The notes: generated by a model from the sequence alone, not told the origin. DNA of 59,257 nucleotides, filler included, from 10 parts of 10 records of this genome joined end to end with filler, not necessarily neighbours in it, one strand, 5' to 3'. Positions 41,183 through 52,968 are shown, numbered from the whole stretch's first letter. A program made the numbers and translations.

Positions 41183-42364
41183 CTAACGGGGAACGGGGCT
41201 CCGGCCCGCCTCCGGTTTCAGCATAACGGCGAGCGGAATACCGAGCAGTCCCAGCGCCCCGCAGATGAGGTAGGTCGTTTCCAGCCCGACGGCGTCGGCG
41301 ACCAGTCCGACGAGAACCACCACCGCTGACCGGGCAAGAAAGCTGACCATCATGAAGACACCGTTGGCGGCAGACGAACCGTCGGTGGAGTATTCCTGGA
41401 TCATTGCCAGCATCACCGGCGTCGTCGACAACAGGGAAAATCCGGTGAGCATCAGAATCCCCAGTTGCACCATCCCGCTCGTCTGGGAAAAAGCCAGCAG
41501 TGAAATCGGCGCCACGATCAGACAGAATAACAGCAGGCTCCTGCGCCCGAGGTAGTCACTCAGCCCGCCGACCGCGAGAATACCCACAACTCCGGCCGCC
41601 TCGAACAGCGCAAGCGAGATCCCGGCCAGCCATACATCATTGCTTTTCTGCAGGATATAGAGCGGCAGGAAGGCGGTCAGGCTGGCGTGCATGAAACCGC
41701 GAACGAACACGATCGCCGACAGCGGCACCAGCAGTTCCTTCATCTCCCGGCAGGTCTTGAGAACCGACGTTTTCTGCTGACCGCTCTTCATCTGGATCGG
41801 GAAATCCTTGAACAGGAAAAACATCACCGCCGACGCACAGATCCCGACAATCATAACCGGATAGTACCCGTCGAACCCCAACAGCGACAGTGCCGCGACA
41901 ATGATGATCGGCCCCACCGTCCGGGCCAGTTCCCCGCCGGTCATATAGAGACTCATCCCCCTGCCCGTGCGGTTGCCGGAGACCCGGTAGACAAGCACCG
42001 GGGCCGGCACATGGAAGAGCGAGATGGAGATACCGGAGAGGAAGAGCAGGATCAGGAGCACCCCGTAGCTCGGGGCGAAGCCGAGCAACGACATCGGTAT
42101 CGCGGTCGTCGCGGGGGCCAGGATGATGAAATACCTCACGCTGATCCGATCGGCGAGCTTGCCGATATAAGGATTGAGCAGTGCCGGAACCTGCGTGATG
42201 GTCGTCAGCAGACCGGCCTGGGTAAGCGACAGTCCGAATCGCTCGATGAGAAAAGGCAACAGCGGGGCCAGAAAGCTCGAATAGACGTCATGAATAAAAT
42301 GACAGACAGAGACCGCTAGTATCTTTTTTGAATCGAAGGTTTGATTCGGAGCGTGTTCGTTCAT
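41183..42364 (-). CDS. MFS transporter (Fsr-like)
   Basis: HFIHDVY...PLLP, FHVPA, GGELARTVGP and LSDYLGRR; about 12 hydrophobic segments. Confidence 0.85.
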   Translation of the reverse strand: MNEHAPNQTFDSKKILAVSVCHFIHDVYSSFLAPLLPFLIERFGLSLTQAGLLTTITQVPALLNPYIGKLADRISVRYFIILAPATTAIPMSLLGFAPSYGVLLILLFLSGISISLFHVPAPVLVYRVSGNRTGRGMSLYMTGGELARTVGPIIIVAALSLLGFDGYYPVMIVGICASAVMFFLFKDFPIQMKSGQQKTSVLKTCREMKELLVPLSAIVFVRGFMHASLTAFLPLYILQKSNDVWLAGISLALFEAAGVVGILAVGGLSDYLGRRSLLLFCLIVAPISLLAFSQTSGMVQLGILMLTGFSLLSTTPVMLAMIQEYSTDGSSAANGVFMMVSFLARSAVVVLVGLVADAVGLETTYLICGALGLLGIPLAVMLKPEAGRSPVPR

Positions 42365-42600
42365 CGGTATCCTTTTTCACTTCCGACTGCTGGCACGACA
42401 AGATCTGCTGCACCTCTTTACCGCCTGCTGTCGTTGCAGCCAATTTACCCTCGCGTAGCGCCTGAAATTCTGATGAACTGAGCCATGAGGCAGGAACAGG
42501 NNNNNNNNNNNNNNNNNNNNNNNNNNNNNNNNNNNNNNNNNNNNTTAATTAATTAANNNNNNNNNNNNNNNNNNNNNNNNNNNNNNNNNNNNNNNNNNNN

Positions 42601-43428
42601 GGTAAAGGCCCCTTTTTCATGGCCAAAGAGCTCGCTCTCAATGAGATTTTCCGGCAGTGCCGCACAGTTGATCTTCACAAACGGATGATTCGTCCGAAAG
42701 CTATTATAATGGATGGAGTTGGCAATCAGCTCTTTTCCGGTACCGCTCTCCCCCCGGATGAGTACGGTGGCGTTACTTCGGGACACTTGGGAGATCATCT
42801 GAAACACCTCCCGCATCTTGTTGCTGTTTCCGATGATGTTTGAAAAGCTGTACCGATTTTCAAGCTCGCCTTTGAGACGAATGTTTTCCTGACGCAGCTT
42901 CTCCTTTTCCATGTGAATTCTCTCAAGATTGATCACATGGCGGGCAATCATGGTGGCCACGACGGACAGGGTTTTGGCCCCCTTTTCCAGGGCGGTTTTC
43001 CCTTTATAGGGACGATCGGCACTCAGCGCGCCAACCACTCGCTTGCCCTTCTTTACCGGTACGCAAATAAATGAGAGTTCCGTGCCGATATCCTCATTCT
43101 GACGGTGGGATTCCGTACGATTGAGGAACATCGGTTCCTCGCTGATCTTCGGCACGACAGCGGCCTCACCGGTCTGGATCACCCGACCGGTAATTCCTTC
43201 ACCCAATTTATATTTTGCCTGACGCTTGGCCCGCTCCGGAATCCCATGGGCCACCTCGATACGAATTTCCTGACTCATGGGGTCCAGCAATGTCACCGTT
43301 CCCCGTATCAGATCCAACGACTGCGCCAGAATATCCATCACCCGGTAGAGCCCTTTTTTCATATCCAAGTGCTCGTTCAGTGCTTCATTTATTTCATAGA
43401 GAAGTGAAATCTCCTCAATGGACTTCAT
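42601..43428 (-). CDS. GAF-domain sigma-54 activator (NifA-like), 3'-truncated
   Basis: GEGITG in the GAF domain, GESGTGKE and [13 protein letters not shown]. Confidence 0.92.
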
Positions 43429-43655
43429 TGCCTGTCCTCACTCGTTTTTTATTTCCCATACATACGCGTTAACTTTGCGAGGCACATTATCATAAATCTT
43501 GATTTATAACACCTTTAATGAGATAATTCTTTGAAATAAAAAATGTTTTATTATACATAAAATTCATATTTTTTTTAACAACAGAACCATATTTCTATTT
43601 TGACCTTTAAACGAGTGTTGACCGGTGATCCCATGGGTACGCACATGAATAAAGA

Positions 43656-44885
43656 ATGAAACGCCCCACTTCTACAGATGACCAGGAAATGCACAATGTG
43701 CATAACACCATCGGTGTCATGCTTGATATTGCCGATGCATTGAACCGAACAACCAGTCTACATCAGTTTTATCAAGCGATTCACCGCTCTCTTTCCGCCA
43801 TCCTCAATGTCGACAACTTCTATATTGCCGTTCATCATCCGGATGAAGACAAGTTGATATTTCCTTACTACACCAACCAAAATCAGCACACTCTCACCGT
43901 GGTGGAAGACATCAGCCAAACCGCCTCATTAACCGCATTGGTGGTAAAAACCGGCAAGCCCATGATGCTTACCCGGGAGGAAATTTGTCGTCATATCGAC
44001 ACGAAAAGACTGCCGACCATGGGAGAGCCTTGCCGAATGTGGCTGGGGGTTCCGCTGACCGTCAAGGGCAATGTCATGGGCGTCCTCTCTGTTCAAAGTT
44101 ATGATGATGAGGGGCTCTATCGGGAAAGCGATCTCAATATCCTCAATATCGTTGCCGAATACATTGCGCTGGCCATTGAGCGAAAAGAAACGGATGAGGC
44201 CTATAAAAAGCAACGGAAAATTCTGGAAAAAATTCTTCAGACCTCACCCATCGGCATCGCGCTTCTTGAAAACAGGGTCTTTAAATGGGTCAACCCCGAA
44301 ATGGTGACACTTTTTGGCTATAAGGACAAATCGGATTTCGAAGAGGCCAGTGTGGCCATGATTTACGAATCCAGTGAAGAGTTTATGGAAATGGGAGAGC
44401 GGATTCACTCCGGGGTCAGTCATAGCGGTCGATATGAATTTGAAACCACGCTGAAACGAAAGGACGGCAGCACGTTTCCCGCCAATATCAATATCAGTGC
44501 TGCCAATCCGTCGGACCCCATGTCCTGGATCATCGCCACGTTCACCGACCTCTCCGGAAAAAAACAGGCAGAGACGGAACGGAACAAAAACGAAAAACTC
44601 CAAGGCGTACTGGAGATGGCCGGTGCCGTCTGTCATGAAATGAATCAGCCCCTACAGGCACTTGTCGGATATGCAGAGCTGATCATCATGGATCACGGAG
44701 ACAATCCCGAGGATCGGCAGTTGACTCAAGACATCCTTGCCATCAAAGAGCATGTCGATCGCATCACCAAGATCACCCGCTGCCTCTCCAGTATCACCAG
44801 CTACCGAACCGTGGATTATCCCGGAGTCCAGCGCATTGTCGATATCTGGAATGCCAGTAAAGATAAAAAGCCTTCCAACCTATGA
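43656..44885 (+). CDS. GAF-PAS-HisKA protein lacking the HATPase domain
   Basis: GAF (WLGVPL...SVQSY), PAS (RKDGSTFPA) and H-box CHEMNQPL, then a stop ~75 aa later. Confidence 0.82.
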   Translation: MKRPTSTDDQEMHNVHNTIGVMLDIADALNRTTSLHQFYQAIHRSLSAILNVDNFYIAVHHPDEDKLIFPYYTNQNQHTLTVVEDISQTASLTALVVKTGKPMMLTREEICRHIDTKRLPTMGEPCRMWLGVPLTVKGNVMGVLSVQSYDDEGLYRESDLNILNIVAEYIALAIERKETDEAYKKQRKILEKILQTSPIGIALLENRVFKWVNPEMVTLFGYKDKSDFEEASVAMIYESSEEFMEMGERIHSGVSHSGRYEFETTLKRKDGSTFPANINISAANPSDPMSWIIATFTDLSGKKQAETERNKNEKLQGVLEMAGAVCHEMNQPLQALVGYAELIIMDHGDNPEDRQLTQDILAIKEHVDRITKITRCLSSITSYRTVDYPGVQRIVDIWNASKDKKPSNL

Positions 44886-44947
44886 CAAGAGGGGATCCTG
44901 TAAAAAATGAAATGGACGCCACTCATTCAAGAGCGTTGTCTTGAGTG

Positions 44948-45796
44948 CTATCCCCGTCCGCCACTCCATAGCAGTCTTGCTTTCAGAACATTATAATAGC
45001 TGTTCTTCTTAAAAGTGAGCATCTTCACTGGATTTTGTCCACGGGTCACCACAATTTTGTCTTCCGATGAGATGGGGATTCCTTCCTGACCGTCCAGGGT
45101 CAAAAGAATATCTGTTGCATCCTCTTCGATACAGATTTCTACAGTGGAGTCGTCCGGAATGATCAGTGGTCGGTTGGTAAGGGTAAAGGGACAAATGGGG
45201 GTGAGAATGATTCCCGGCACCACCGGATGGATGACCGGCCCTCCCGCAGCAAGGGAGTAGGCTGTGGACCCGGTGGGTGTGGCAACGATCAAGCCGTCTG
45301 CCTTGAATGTGGTGAGATAGGATCCGTTAATGGAAACGACACTGTAAACCAGTCTGGACAGCGCCCCTCTATTGATAACGAGGTCATTGAGTACACAGGC
45401 CGATGCCGTTTTTTCTTCGCCCCGGATCACGGAGACCTGAAGCCTCATCCGCTCTTCAACGTAGTATTTTCCGTCCAGAAGCGACTCCACCGTATCATAC
45501 AGGCAATCTTCCAGGGTCTCGGCTAAAAATCCCACCTCACCGAACTTGATTCCCATCAATGGAACATCCCGGCTTCCCATGAGGCGGGCCGCGCTGAGAA
45601 AGGTTCCATCCCCTCCTAAAACAATCACACAAAAGAGATCTTCTTTAGGAGGCGTTCTGGAAAATCCATCGGCATACACCACCCGAATATCCCTTTGGGT
45701 TAACCACGCTTCAAGTTCCACTGCTTTCTTTCGCGCTTTTTCGTCCTTCTTGACCAACAAAGCGATACATCTATTTTTATTGCCGTGTTTATTCAT
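44948..45796 (-). CDS. nadK: NAD+ kinase
   Basis: LGGDGT, GFL, LND and DGLIVATPTGSTAYSLAAGGP. Confidence 0.95.
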   Translation of the reverse strand: MNKHGNKNRCIALLVKKDEKARKKAVELEAWLTQRDIRVVYADGFSRTPPKEDLFCVIVLGGDGTFLSAARLMGSRDVPLMGIKFGEVGFLAETLEDCLYDTVESLLDGKYYVEERMRLQVSVIRGEEKTASACVLNDLVINRGALSRLVYSVVSINGSYLTTFKADGLIVATPTGSTAYSLAAGGPVIHPVVPGIILTPICPFTLTNRPLIIPDDSTVEICIEEDATDILLTLDGQEGIPISSEDKIVVTRGQNPVKMLTFKKNSYYNVLKARLLWSGGRG

Positions 45797-46121
45797 CGTT
45801 CCTGTGTCAATCTTTGTTTTTTTCGCTTACAACCGCTCATTATGGGAGTTGAGTTTTTCCATTTTCAAAAGGCTTCTACTTATCATTTCGGGCCTCTCAA
45901 ATCAATGTTCAACAGCACATTCAATCGCTTTTCAGCCACTAAACTCTCTTGTTTTTTCTTGACTCATGGAACACGGAACAGTATAAAACGAAGTTTAATA
46001 GTAGCATTTTGAGTAGTTATCGGCATTCCTCATTCGGGAAGGCTGTTTTTCACTTCAACGCTCAACCTTCCGGACCTTGGAAAAATCATTTAATCACAAT
46101 TTTAATGTTAAGGAGAAAATT

Positions 46122-47236
46122 ATGAAACAGATCCGTAAGTTTTTTGTTCTTACCGCAGTCTCTCTGTTTATCCTGACGGGATCCGCCATGGCAGCCGATA
46201 CCATCAAACTGGGTGTTGCCGGTGCTCACAGTGGCGATTTGGCATCCTACGGTCTGCCCTCGGTTAAAGCGGCGGAATTGGTTGTTAAAAATATCAATGC
46301 CGCCGGCGGCGTTCTGGGAAAACAGGTGGAACTGCTGGTGGAAGATGATGTTTGTAAACCGGAAGTTGCCGGTAATACCGCAACCAAACTGGTATCCGAC
46401 GGTGCCGACGTTGTTTTAGGCCACATCTGCAGTGGTGCGACCAAAGCAGCACTTGGGTTTTATAAAGAGGCCGGTATTGTCGTCATGTCTCCTTCCGCCA
46501 CCAACCCCGATCTGACCCTGACCGGTGATTACCCGAACTTTTTCAGAACCATCGCCCATGATGCGGTTCAGGCACAACTCCAGGTTAAATATGCAACGAC
46601 CATTCTAAAAGTCAAAACCGTAGCTATTCTCCATGACAAAGGTGATTATGGAAAAGGTCAGGCTGAACTGGCTCAGAAATATTTCTCAGAAGCGGATGTC
46701 AAAGTGGTTCTATTTGAAGGTGTCACACCCGGTGCGATGGATTACTCCGCCATCGTGACCAAAGTAAGACGTGAGAAACCCGATCTGGTTGTCTGGGGTG
46801 GATACCATCCTGAAGCGGCTAAAATCGTGAAAATGATGCGGAAAAAAGAATGAAAACGCTATTCATGGGTGGTGACGGCGTCAAAGACGACACGTTCATT
46901 AGTGTCGCAAAAGAAGATGCCGAAGGTGTTTATGCCACAGGTCCCATGGATATTTCCCATAATACCCTTGCCGTCAAGGCCAAAAAAGAGCACCAGGATG
47001 CGTATGGTTCAGAACCCGGAGCCTTCTTTGATAATGCCTATGCTGCTGCACTGGCCCTTCTCAATGCCATCGAGAAAGCCGGTTCCACCAACTATGATGA
47101 TGTCGTGTCAGCCCTTCAAAACGAATATGTTGAAACGACTCTTGGAAAAATCAAGTTTGATAAAAACGGAGATGCGACCGGTATCGGTTTCTCTGTCTAC
47201 CGAGTTAAAGACGGCACTTTTGTAGAACAGAAATAA
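46122..47236 (+). CDS. livK: Branched-chain amino acid ABC substrate-binding protein, with an apparent frameshift at ~46845
   Basis: Signal peptide, INAAGGVLG, GHICSGAT, YGKG and GGYHPE; continues in a second frame as FMGGDG...GKIKFDKNGD. Confidence 0.88.
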
Positions 47237-47368
47237 ACTGTTTCCTTCCAATTCGGTCAATACTTGATAGTGTCATATCATTATAAGGGGCAAAACTTCA
47301 CGGTTCTGCCCCTTTCTTTGCCCGACCTTCGAGACTTTTCCAAACACGCTTTTACGCAGGATTCTTTT

Positions 47369-48210
47369 ATGGATTTAGAATATTTTTCACAACTATTTTT
47401 CGGCGGCCTCACCCGCGGTAGCATCTACGCTCTTATCGCCCTGGGATATACCATGGTATACGGCATTATCGAGCTGATCAACTTTGCCCACGGTGAAATC
47501 TACATGATCGGTGCATTCACCGCCTTGATCGTCTCCAGCATTCTCACCATGATGGGAATGCCGATGCCGGCGGTGGTGATTCTTGCAGGTCTGGTAGCCG
47601 TTATATACTCATGTGCGTATGGATACACCATGGAGAAAATCGCATATAAACCCATGCGAAACGCGCCTCGACTTTCCGCACTCATCAGTGCCATCGGAAT
47701 GTCTCTTTTTCTCCAGAACTATGTGCTGCTGGCACAAACTTCCGACTTTCTTCCATTCCCCAGCCTAATCCCCGACTTTGAATTCTGGGAGCCTTATGCA
47801 CATATCATTACCTCTCCTGAGCTGGTTATCATTTTTACAACGGTGATAGTAATGATTCTTTTAACGTTTCTCATTAAGTTTACCAAGATCGGAAAAGCCA
47901 TGCGGGCCACCTCCCAGGACAAGATGATGGCCGCGCTGTTGGGTATCAATGTGGATCGAGTGATTTCGGTTACCTTTATAGTGGGGTCTGCCACTGCCGC
48001 CATCGGCGGAATACTCATCGCCTCCCACATTGGACAGGTCAGCTTCTATATGGGATTTATCGCAGGTATCAAAGCCTTTGTGGCGGCGGTATTGGGAGGG
48101 ATCGGCAGTATTCCCGGTGCCGTACTGGGATCCTTGGTACTGGGATGGACAGAGAGTTTCTTTGCCGGGTACATTTCCAGTGATTATGAAGATGTTGCTG
48201 CGTTTCTTTT
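47369..48210 (+). CDS. livH: Branched-chain amino acid ABC permease, 3'-truncated
   Basis: GSIYALIALGYTMVYGIIELINFAHGE and KAFVAAVLGGIGSIPGA. Confidence 0.93.
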
Positions 48211-48310
48211 NNNNNNNNNNNNNNNNNNNNNNNNNNNNNNNNNNNNNNNNNNNNTTAATTAATTAANNNNNNNNNNNNNNNNNNNNNNNNNNNNNNNNNN
48301 NNNNNNNNNN

Positions 48311-49129
48311 GATAAAGAACCTTGTCAGGTTCTCAGCCCCGAACTTGCTACTGACAGAAGCGATATATTCACCCTGATTGAAATCTTCAAGGTTGAACTC
48401 TTCAGCTGCTTTACTGCTCCAGAGACGGAGAGTATTGACAGTCTTACCGCCATAACCGACAATCGGCATATCATGCGGCACACCGATAATCTTGGTAGTA
48501 TCAACCCAATACTTCTTACCGTCATAACCATCATGCACACGACCGCCAAAGTTAACCTCGACAGAGATATCCGAGTGAGTAATCTCCCATGGATCCCCAT
48601 TACGCAACCATTCGTCTGGCTGCTCTACCTGATAACCGTTCTCCACTTCCTGCCTGAAGATACCATAATCATAACGGAGGCCATACCCGAAAGCAGGCAG
48701 ATCAAGCGTTGCCATAGAATCAAGGAAACATGCAGCCAGACGACCAAGACCGCCATTACCAAGACCAGCATCATTCTCTTCTTCACGCAGCTCTTCCCAA
48801 GAGATGCCCATCTCTTCCAGGCCATTCTTAATCTCTTCTTCAATCTGAAGATTGATCACGTTATTACCGAGAGCTCTTCCCATGAGAAATTCCATTGACA
48901 GATAATAGATACGCTTAGCACCTTTATCATGATGGGTCTGCTGCGTCTTGAGCCAGCGGTTGATTAGCCTGTCACGCACAGTAAGTGCCAGTGCCTGAAA
49001 TCTATCCTGATCATTGGCTGTAAAACGGTCATTACTGAGAGTATATTTCAAATGCTCTGCAAAGCCTTTTGCAAGTGACTCAGCATCTGTACCCTGTCTA
49101 CTGTTAGTGCAATTCTGATTTTCCGCCAT
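48311..49129 (-). CDS. glgP: Glycogen/alpha-glucan phosphorylase, 3'-truncated
   Basis: YYLSMEFLMGR, LGNGGLGRLAACFLDS and NTLRLW. Confidence 0.95.
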
Positions 49130-49502
49130 TATAATATTTCTCCTATACACGTGACTTTATCAAATAAGCGACCTATACCTCTTAATTTATATCAATATAC
49201 CTGCTCCTGCCTGAGGACACACATGAAACTCAAAGCAGCAACAAAACCGAATTCAGCAGGAACGACATAACCTGCTTATTCAGAGATACTTACTATATAA
49301 TTGTTACTTATTTTCGAAAAAAAGCAAATTTTTTTATGTTAGTTTACCCGATTATTTTTTTTATTACTCAAAACCTGTAAAATACAGTAAAATAAATACA
49401 TATATGACAATAAACTTCGTTATCGTTTATCGATATTTTTCAAAAAAATCTCCATAAATTACCAATATTTTTAACATCATATGACAGGAAATACAAATTA
49501 AA

Positions 49503-50546
49503 ATGCCAACGCTGCATAATAATATTAAGAAGAATAATAATAATCTAAAACTACTCCGCCTGCTTGGAGCCACACTGGTCATCTTCAGCCACTCCTACCC
49601 CCTGACAACAGGCACCAACGATACCGAACCACTCAAAGCAATTACCGGCATTACCTCAGGCACACTGGTTGTTGACATTTTCTTTTTTATAAGTGGCTTC
49701 TTCGTCTACCAGAGCCTGCTGCACCGCAAAAAAATACTCGAATTTATCAAAGCCAGAGTACTCAGGATCTATCCGGGGCTGCTGGCGACCCTGCTCTGCA
49801 GTATATTATTATGCGCCTTTTTTACTGAAACAACCCTGCATGATTACTTCCTGAACTCCACCACAGCAAGGTATTTATTCAGAAACCTCAATCTCATCTT
49901 CTTCGGCAGCTACTTCAATCTCCCCGAAGTCTTTCTTGATAATCCGTACCCAGCAGTAGTCAACGGCTCAATCTGGATTCTACCCTATCAGTTCCGCCTC
50001 TACCTTTCACTCCTTGCCTTTCTCTTTATTCCGGCGCGACATCACTGGAAAATCTGCCTCGCCATACTCCCTTTTCTCGGTGGTACTTATCTTTTTTTCC
50101 CAGATTACTTCTCTTATTTTATCTCATTCAGACTTATTTTCTTCTTCTACGCTGGTGTCACCTGCTACCTGTTCAGAAAAAGAATCCTCCTCAACTCAAG
50201 ACACGCTCTGCTCTTACTGCTGGCTACCGCAATATTACTCTATCTACAAATAACCGGCATTACCGGCCTACTGAAATACCTCTACCCCTTCATCCTCAGC
50301 TATCTGGTACTATACTTTATCTATATCCCTGCGAAACTCATCAGCAGCTTCAACGCCATCAATGATTATTCTTACGGCATTTATATCTATTCTTTTACCA
50401 TCCAGCAGTGTATAGTAGCACTCAACCTCTGCGATACTGCACTGCAATTATTTATGTATGCACTGCTACCAACTATTATATTGGCAGTACTTTCATACCA
50501 TTTTATTGAAAAGCCCTGTCTGATATTCAAACAAAAAAAGCAATAA
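49503..50546 (+). CDS. Acyltransferase family 3 (OafA-like O-acyltransferase)
   Basis: LRLLGATLVIFSH, VDIFFFISGF, RVLRIYP, NGSIW, SYGIYIY and SYHFIEKP. Confidence 0.88.
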   Translation: MPTLHNNIKKNNNNLKLLRLLGATLVIFSHSYPLTTGTNDTEPLKAITGITSGTLVVDIFFFISGFFVYQSLLHRKKILEFIKARVLRIYPGLLATLLCSILLCAFFTETTLHDYFLNSTTARYLFRNLNLIFFGSYFNLPEVFLDNPYPAVVNGSIWILPYQFRLYLSLLAFLFIPARHHWKICLAILPFLGGTYLFFPDYFSYFISFRLIFFFYAGVTCYLFRKRILLNSRHALLLLLATAILLYLQITGITGLLKYLYPFILSYLVLYFIYIPAKLISSFNAINDYSYGIYIYSFTIQQCIVALNLCDTALQLFMYALLPTIILAVLSYHFIEKPCLIFKQKKQ

Positions 50547-50601
50547 CATAATGTTATTGCTTTTTAATATAATTCACTTATACAGCGATAATTACAGGTA
50601 A

Positions 50602-51474
50602 TTACATGATGACTTTATTTAGAGGCAGCTCGATAATACCTTCCGCACCACTCATCTTGAGCGCAGGTATAAGCACACGCACATCAATCTCATCAGCAAT
50701 AGTCTCAACCGCTACCCACTCTTTATCAGCAAGGTGATTGACCGTAGGCGAAGTAAGAGCCGGCAGATTCTTGAGAACTTCATCAAGCCTATCAGCCTTT
50801 ACATTCATCTTGAGCAGAACCTTCTCTTTAGCATCAAGCGCACCCTTGAGCATCAAGCACAAAGCGTCAATCTTCGGCTTTTTCCATGAATCCTTGTACG
50901 CATCTTTATTGGCTATAACAACAGTAACAGACTCCTGAATAGTATCGATAATACGGAGTTTATTCGCTACAAGGCTGCTACCGGTCTCTGTCACATCCAC
51001 AATCGCATCAGCAAGATGCGGCACTTTGACTTCAGTAGCCCCGTGAGAAAATTCAACAGTTACGTTGACTCCCTGATCAGCAAAGTACTTCTCGGTAAGC
51101 CCTACAACTTCTGTACTGATAACCTTACCTTCAAGATCCTTTGCAGACCTATATGGACTCTCTTCCGGCACAGCCAACACCCATCTCACAGGCTTGCGTG
51201 TAGCTTTTGCATATACAAGACGCTCCAGCACCTCTACATTTGAGTTATTCTCGATAACCCAGTCAAGACCAGTAATAGCAACATCCAGCGCACCTCTATC
51301 TACATAACGGCTCATTTCCTGCGGACGAGCCAGCATTGAACTGATTTCAGGGTCATTGCATGACGGGTAATAACTTCTTGAACGAACATTGAATTCCCAG
51401 CCGGCATTTTTTAGTAGTGCAAATGTTGATTCTTGTAGACTGCCTTTCGGAAGTCCCATTGTTAATTCAGGCAT
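50602..51474 (-). CDS. hisG: ATP phosphoribosyltransferase (long form)
   Basis: LPKGSL, GLDW, GATE, DVTETGSSL...N.L and a C-terminal regulatory domain. Confidence 0.95.
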   Translation of the reverse strand: MPELTMGLPKGSLQESTFALLKNAGWEFNVRSRSYYPSCNDPEISSMLARPQEMSRYVDRGALDVAITGLDWVIENNSNVEVLERLVYAKATRKPVRWVLAVPEESPYRSAKDLEGKVISTEVVGLTEKYFADQGVNVTVEFSHGATEVKVPHLADAIVDVTETGSSLVANKLRIIDTIQESVTVVIANKDAYKDSWKKPKIDALCLMLKGALDAKEKVLLKMNVKADRLDEVLKNLPALTSPTVNHLADKEWVAVETIADEIDVRVLIPALKMSGAEGIIELPLNKVIM

Positions 51475-51533
51475 TATCTTTCTCCCACTTTATTTTAATA
51501 TCTATTAGACTTTGTATATTGTATATTATAAAA

Positions 51534-52196
51534 CTATTTAACTTTTTTCACTGTTCTCTTCTTCTTCGCAGTCTTTTTTGTACCTGTCGACTTCTTCTTG
51601 CTGTTCTCCAGCAACGCTTCAGCTTCCAGATAATGCAACAACTTGAGAACATCTTCCTGCTCCATATTTGCCACCTTCTTCTGCAAGTTGGATTTTTCAC
51701 CGGAAGCAGGGATCAGCTTAAACTTTTTCGCCACCTCAAGACCATCTGCACTGATCGGCAGAGTCATAGTCGGATGATATTCATATAGAATAAGGTTGAC
51801 CTGCGCCTTAGGCATCTTCGCATCAAGGTCACAAAGAGCTTTTCTCGCCTCAGTCACCTTCATGTCTATACAGAACTCCAGATTCAAACCACCACGCTGA
51901 TCAAACAACCGGTTGAGCATATCACGCAGGCGCATAGCTATTTTATCGCTGTCAGCCATAGGATCGACCGCTCTGGCGATCTCCACCCATCTGGAAACTC
52001 TGCATTCATTCCAGTCAATAAAATTCTTTTCTATTCTTCCAATCGCCTTCGCTGCCTCTAGAGGGTTTTGATGATCACTGACAATAGCAAAGACAAGCCT
52101 GGCAAAACCAGACATAGACTTTGGAAACGTCTTGGACTTCTCATAATCTTTTAATAAAGCTGCCGGAGTCTTTGCTGAACCACCTGTAGGCATCAC
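51534..52196 (-). CDS. Hypothetical protein resembling a degenerate HhH-GPD/endonuclease III fold, with a Lys-rich tail
   Basis: FIDWNECRVS...EI and L.LEF...EARK.L segments resemble Nth-like proteins; catalytic and Fe-S motifs are not seen. Confidence 0.5.
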   Translation of the reverse strand: MMPTGGSAKTPAALLKDYEKSKTFPKSMSGFARLVFAIVSDHQNPLEAAKAIGRIEKNFIDWNECRVSRWVEIARAVDPMADSDKIAMRLRDMLNRLFDQRGGLNLEFCIDMKVTEARKALCDLDAKMPKAQVNLILYEYHPTMTLPISADGLEVAKKFKLIPASGEKSNLQKKVANMEQEDVLKLLHYLEAEALLENSKKKSTGTKKTAKKKRTVKKVK

Positions 52197-52573
52197 TTTC
52201 TCCCAGAAAAATACTGTATTCTTATAAATGTCACTAAAAAAGTGCGAACATAAAACTATATTATATTATAGACCAAATGTCAATAATCTTTTGATACATA
52301 TAGAAATAATTAATTTTTAATAGCAAAAGAAAACCTCCACACCATAGCTATTTCCCAAAACCACAAAGAACATAATACTCTGCAAAACTATTATCAACAC
52401 CAGAAAAGCCACAAAACGAAACCCTCCCTAAAATTATTTCACTATAATCACAGCCACCACAAACAAACACATAACATCCTATCTCATAAAAAGTTAACCA
52501 AAATACAAGCTCAACAAATCAAAGAATAAAATACACTAGCATAAAAAAAAGACAGAAAAAATAAAATTAGATA

Positions 52574-52601
52574 TTGACTAAAAACAGAAATCATGTATTA
52601 T
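52574..52601 (+). promoter_or_regulatory. Sigma70-like promoter of tRNA-Asp
   Basis: ttgact-N16-tattat, ~50 nt upstream of the tRNA. Confidence 0.5.
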
Positions 52602-52649
52602 TGTTCCCGTCGTCAACAACAACAAACGACACAAAACAACTTAATAAAT

Positions 52650-52726
52650 GGCCGAGTGGCGCAACTGGTTAGCGTACAAGACTGTCGATCTTGAGGTTGC
52701 GGGTTCGAGTCCCGTCTCGGTCGCCA
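52650..52726 (+). tRNA. tRNA-Asp(GTC)
   Basis: Acceptor stem GGCCGAG/CTCGGTC, anticodon arm caaga-ctGTCga-tcttg, T-loop GGTTCGAGTCC and encoded CCA. Confidence 0.95.
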
Positions 52727-52729
52727 TAC

Positions 52730-52767
52730 AAAACAGTTATCAGATAATTCTGATAACTGTTTTTTTA
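52730..52767 (+). terminator. Rho-independent terminator after tRNA-Asp
   Basis: aaaacagttatcaga-taat-tctgataactgtttt followed by a T-tract. Confidence 0.85.
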
Positions 52768-52968
52768 ATACTTTACTCAACCTGCCCCAACCCCAACCAG
52801 CACAATCACTGAGCATACTCCCTCAAAAGATATATATTTTCGGTTTCAACTGATTAAATCCTCTGGAATTCCAACTCTATATCACCATAATAATGTAGAT
52901 TATTTTATCATAAAATTTTAAAAAGATACTTATTAAGATATATACGTATAATAATGAAAGCGAATACT

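Noticed and set aside
42601..43428. Calling nifA or inferring nitrogen fixation
   Set aside because: GAF-AAA+ activators are widespread in Desulfobacterota, and no nif genes are on this fragment.
46840..46853. Split livK, or slippage at an A-run
   Set aside because: A single missing A in a homopolymer explains it, consistent with dataset-wide indel errors.
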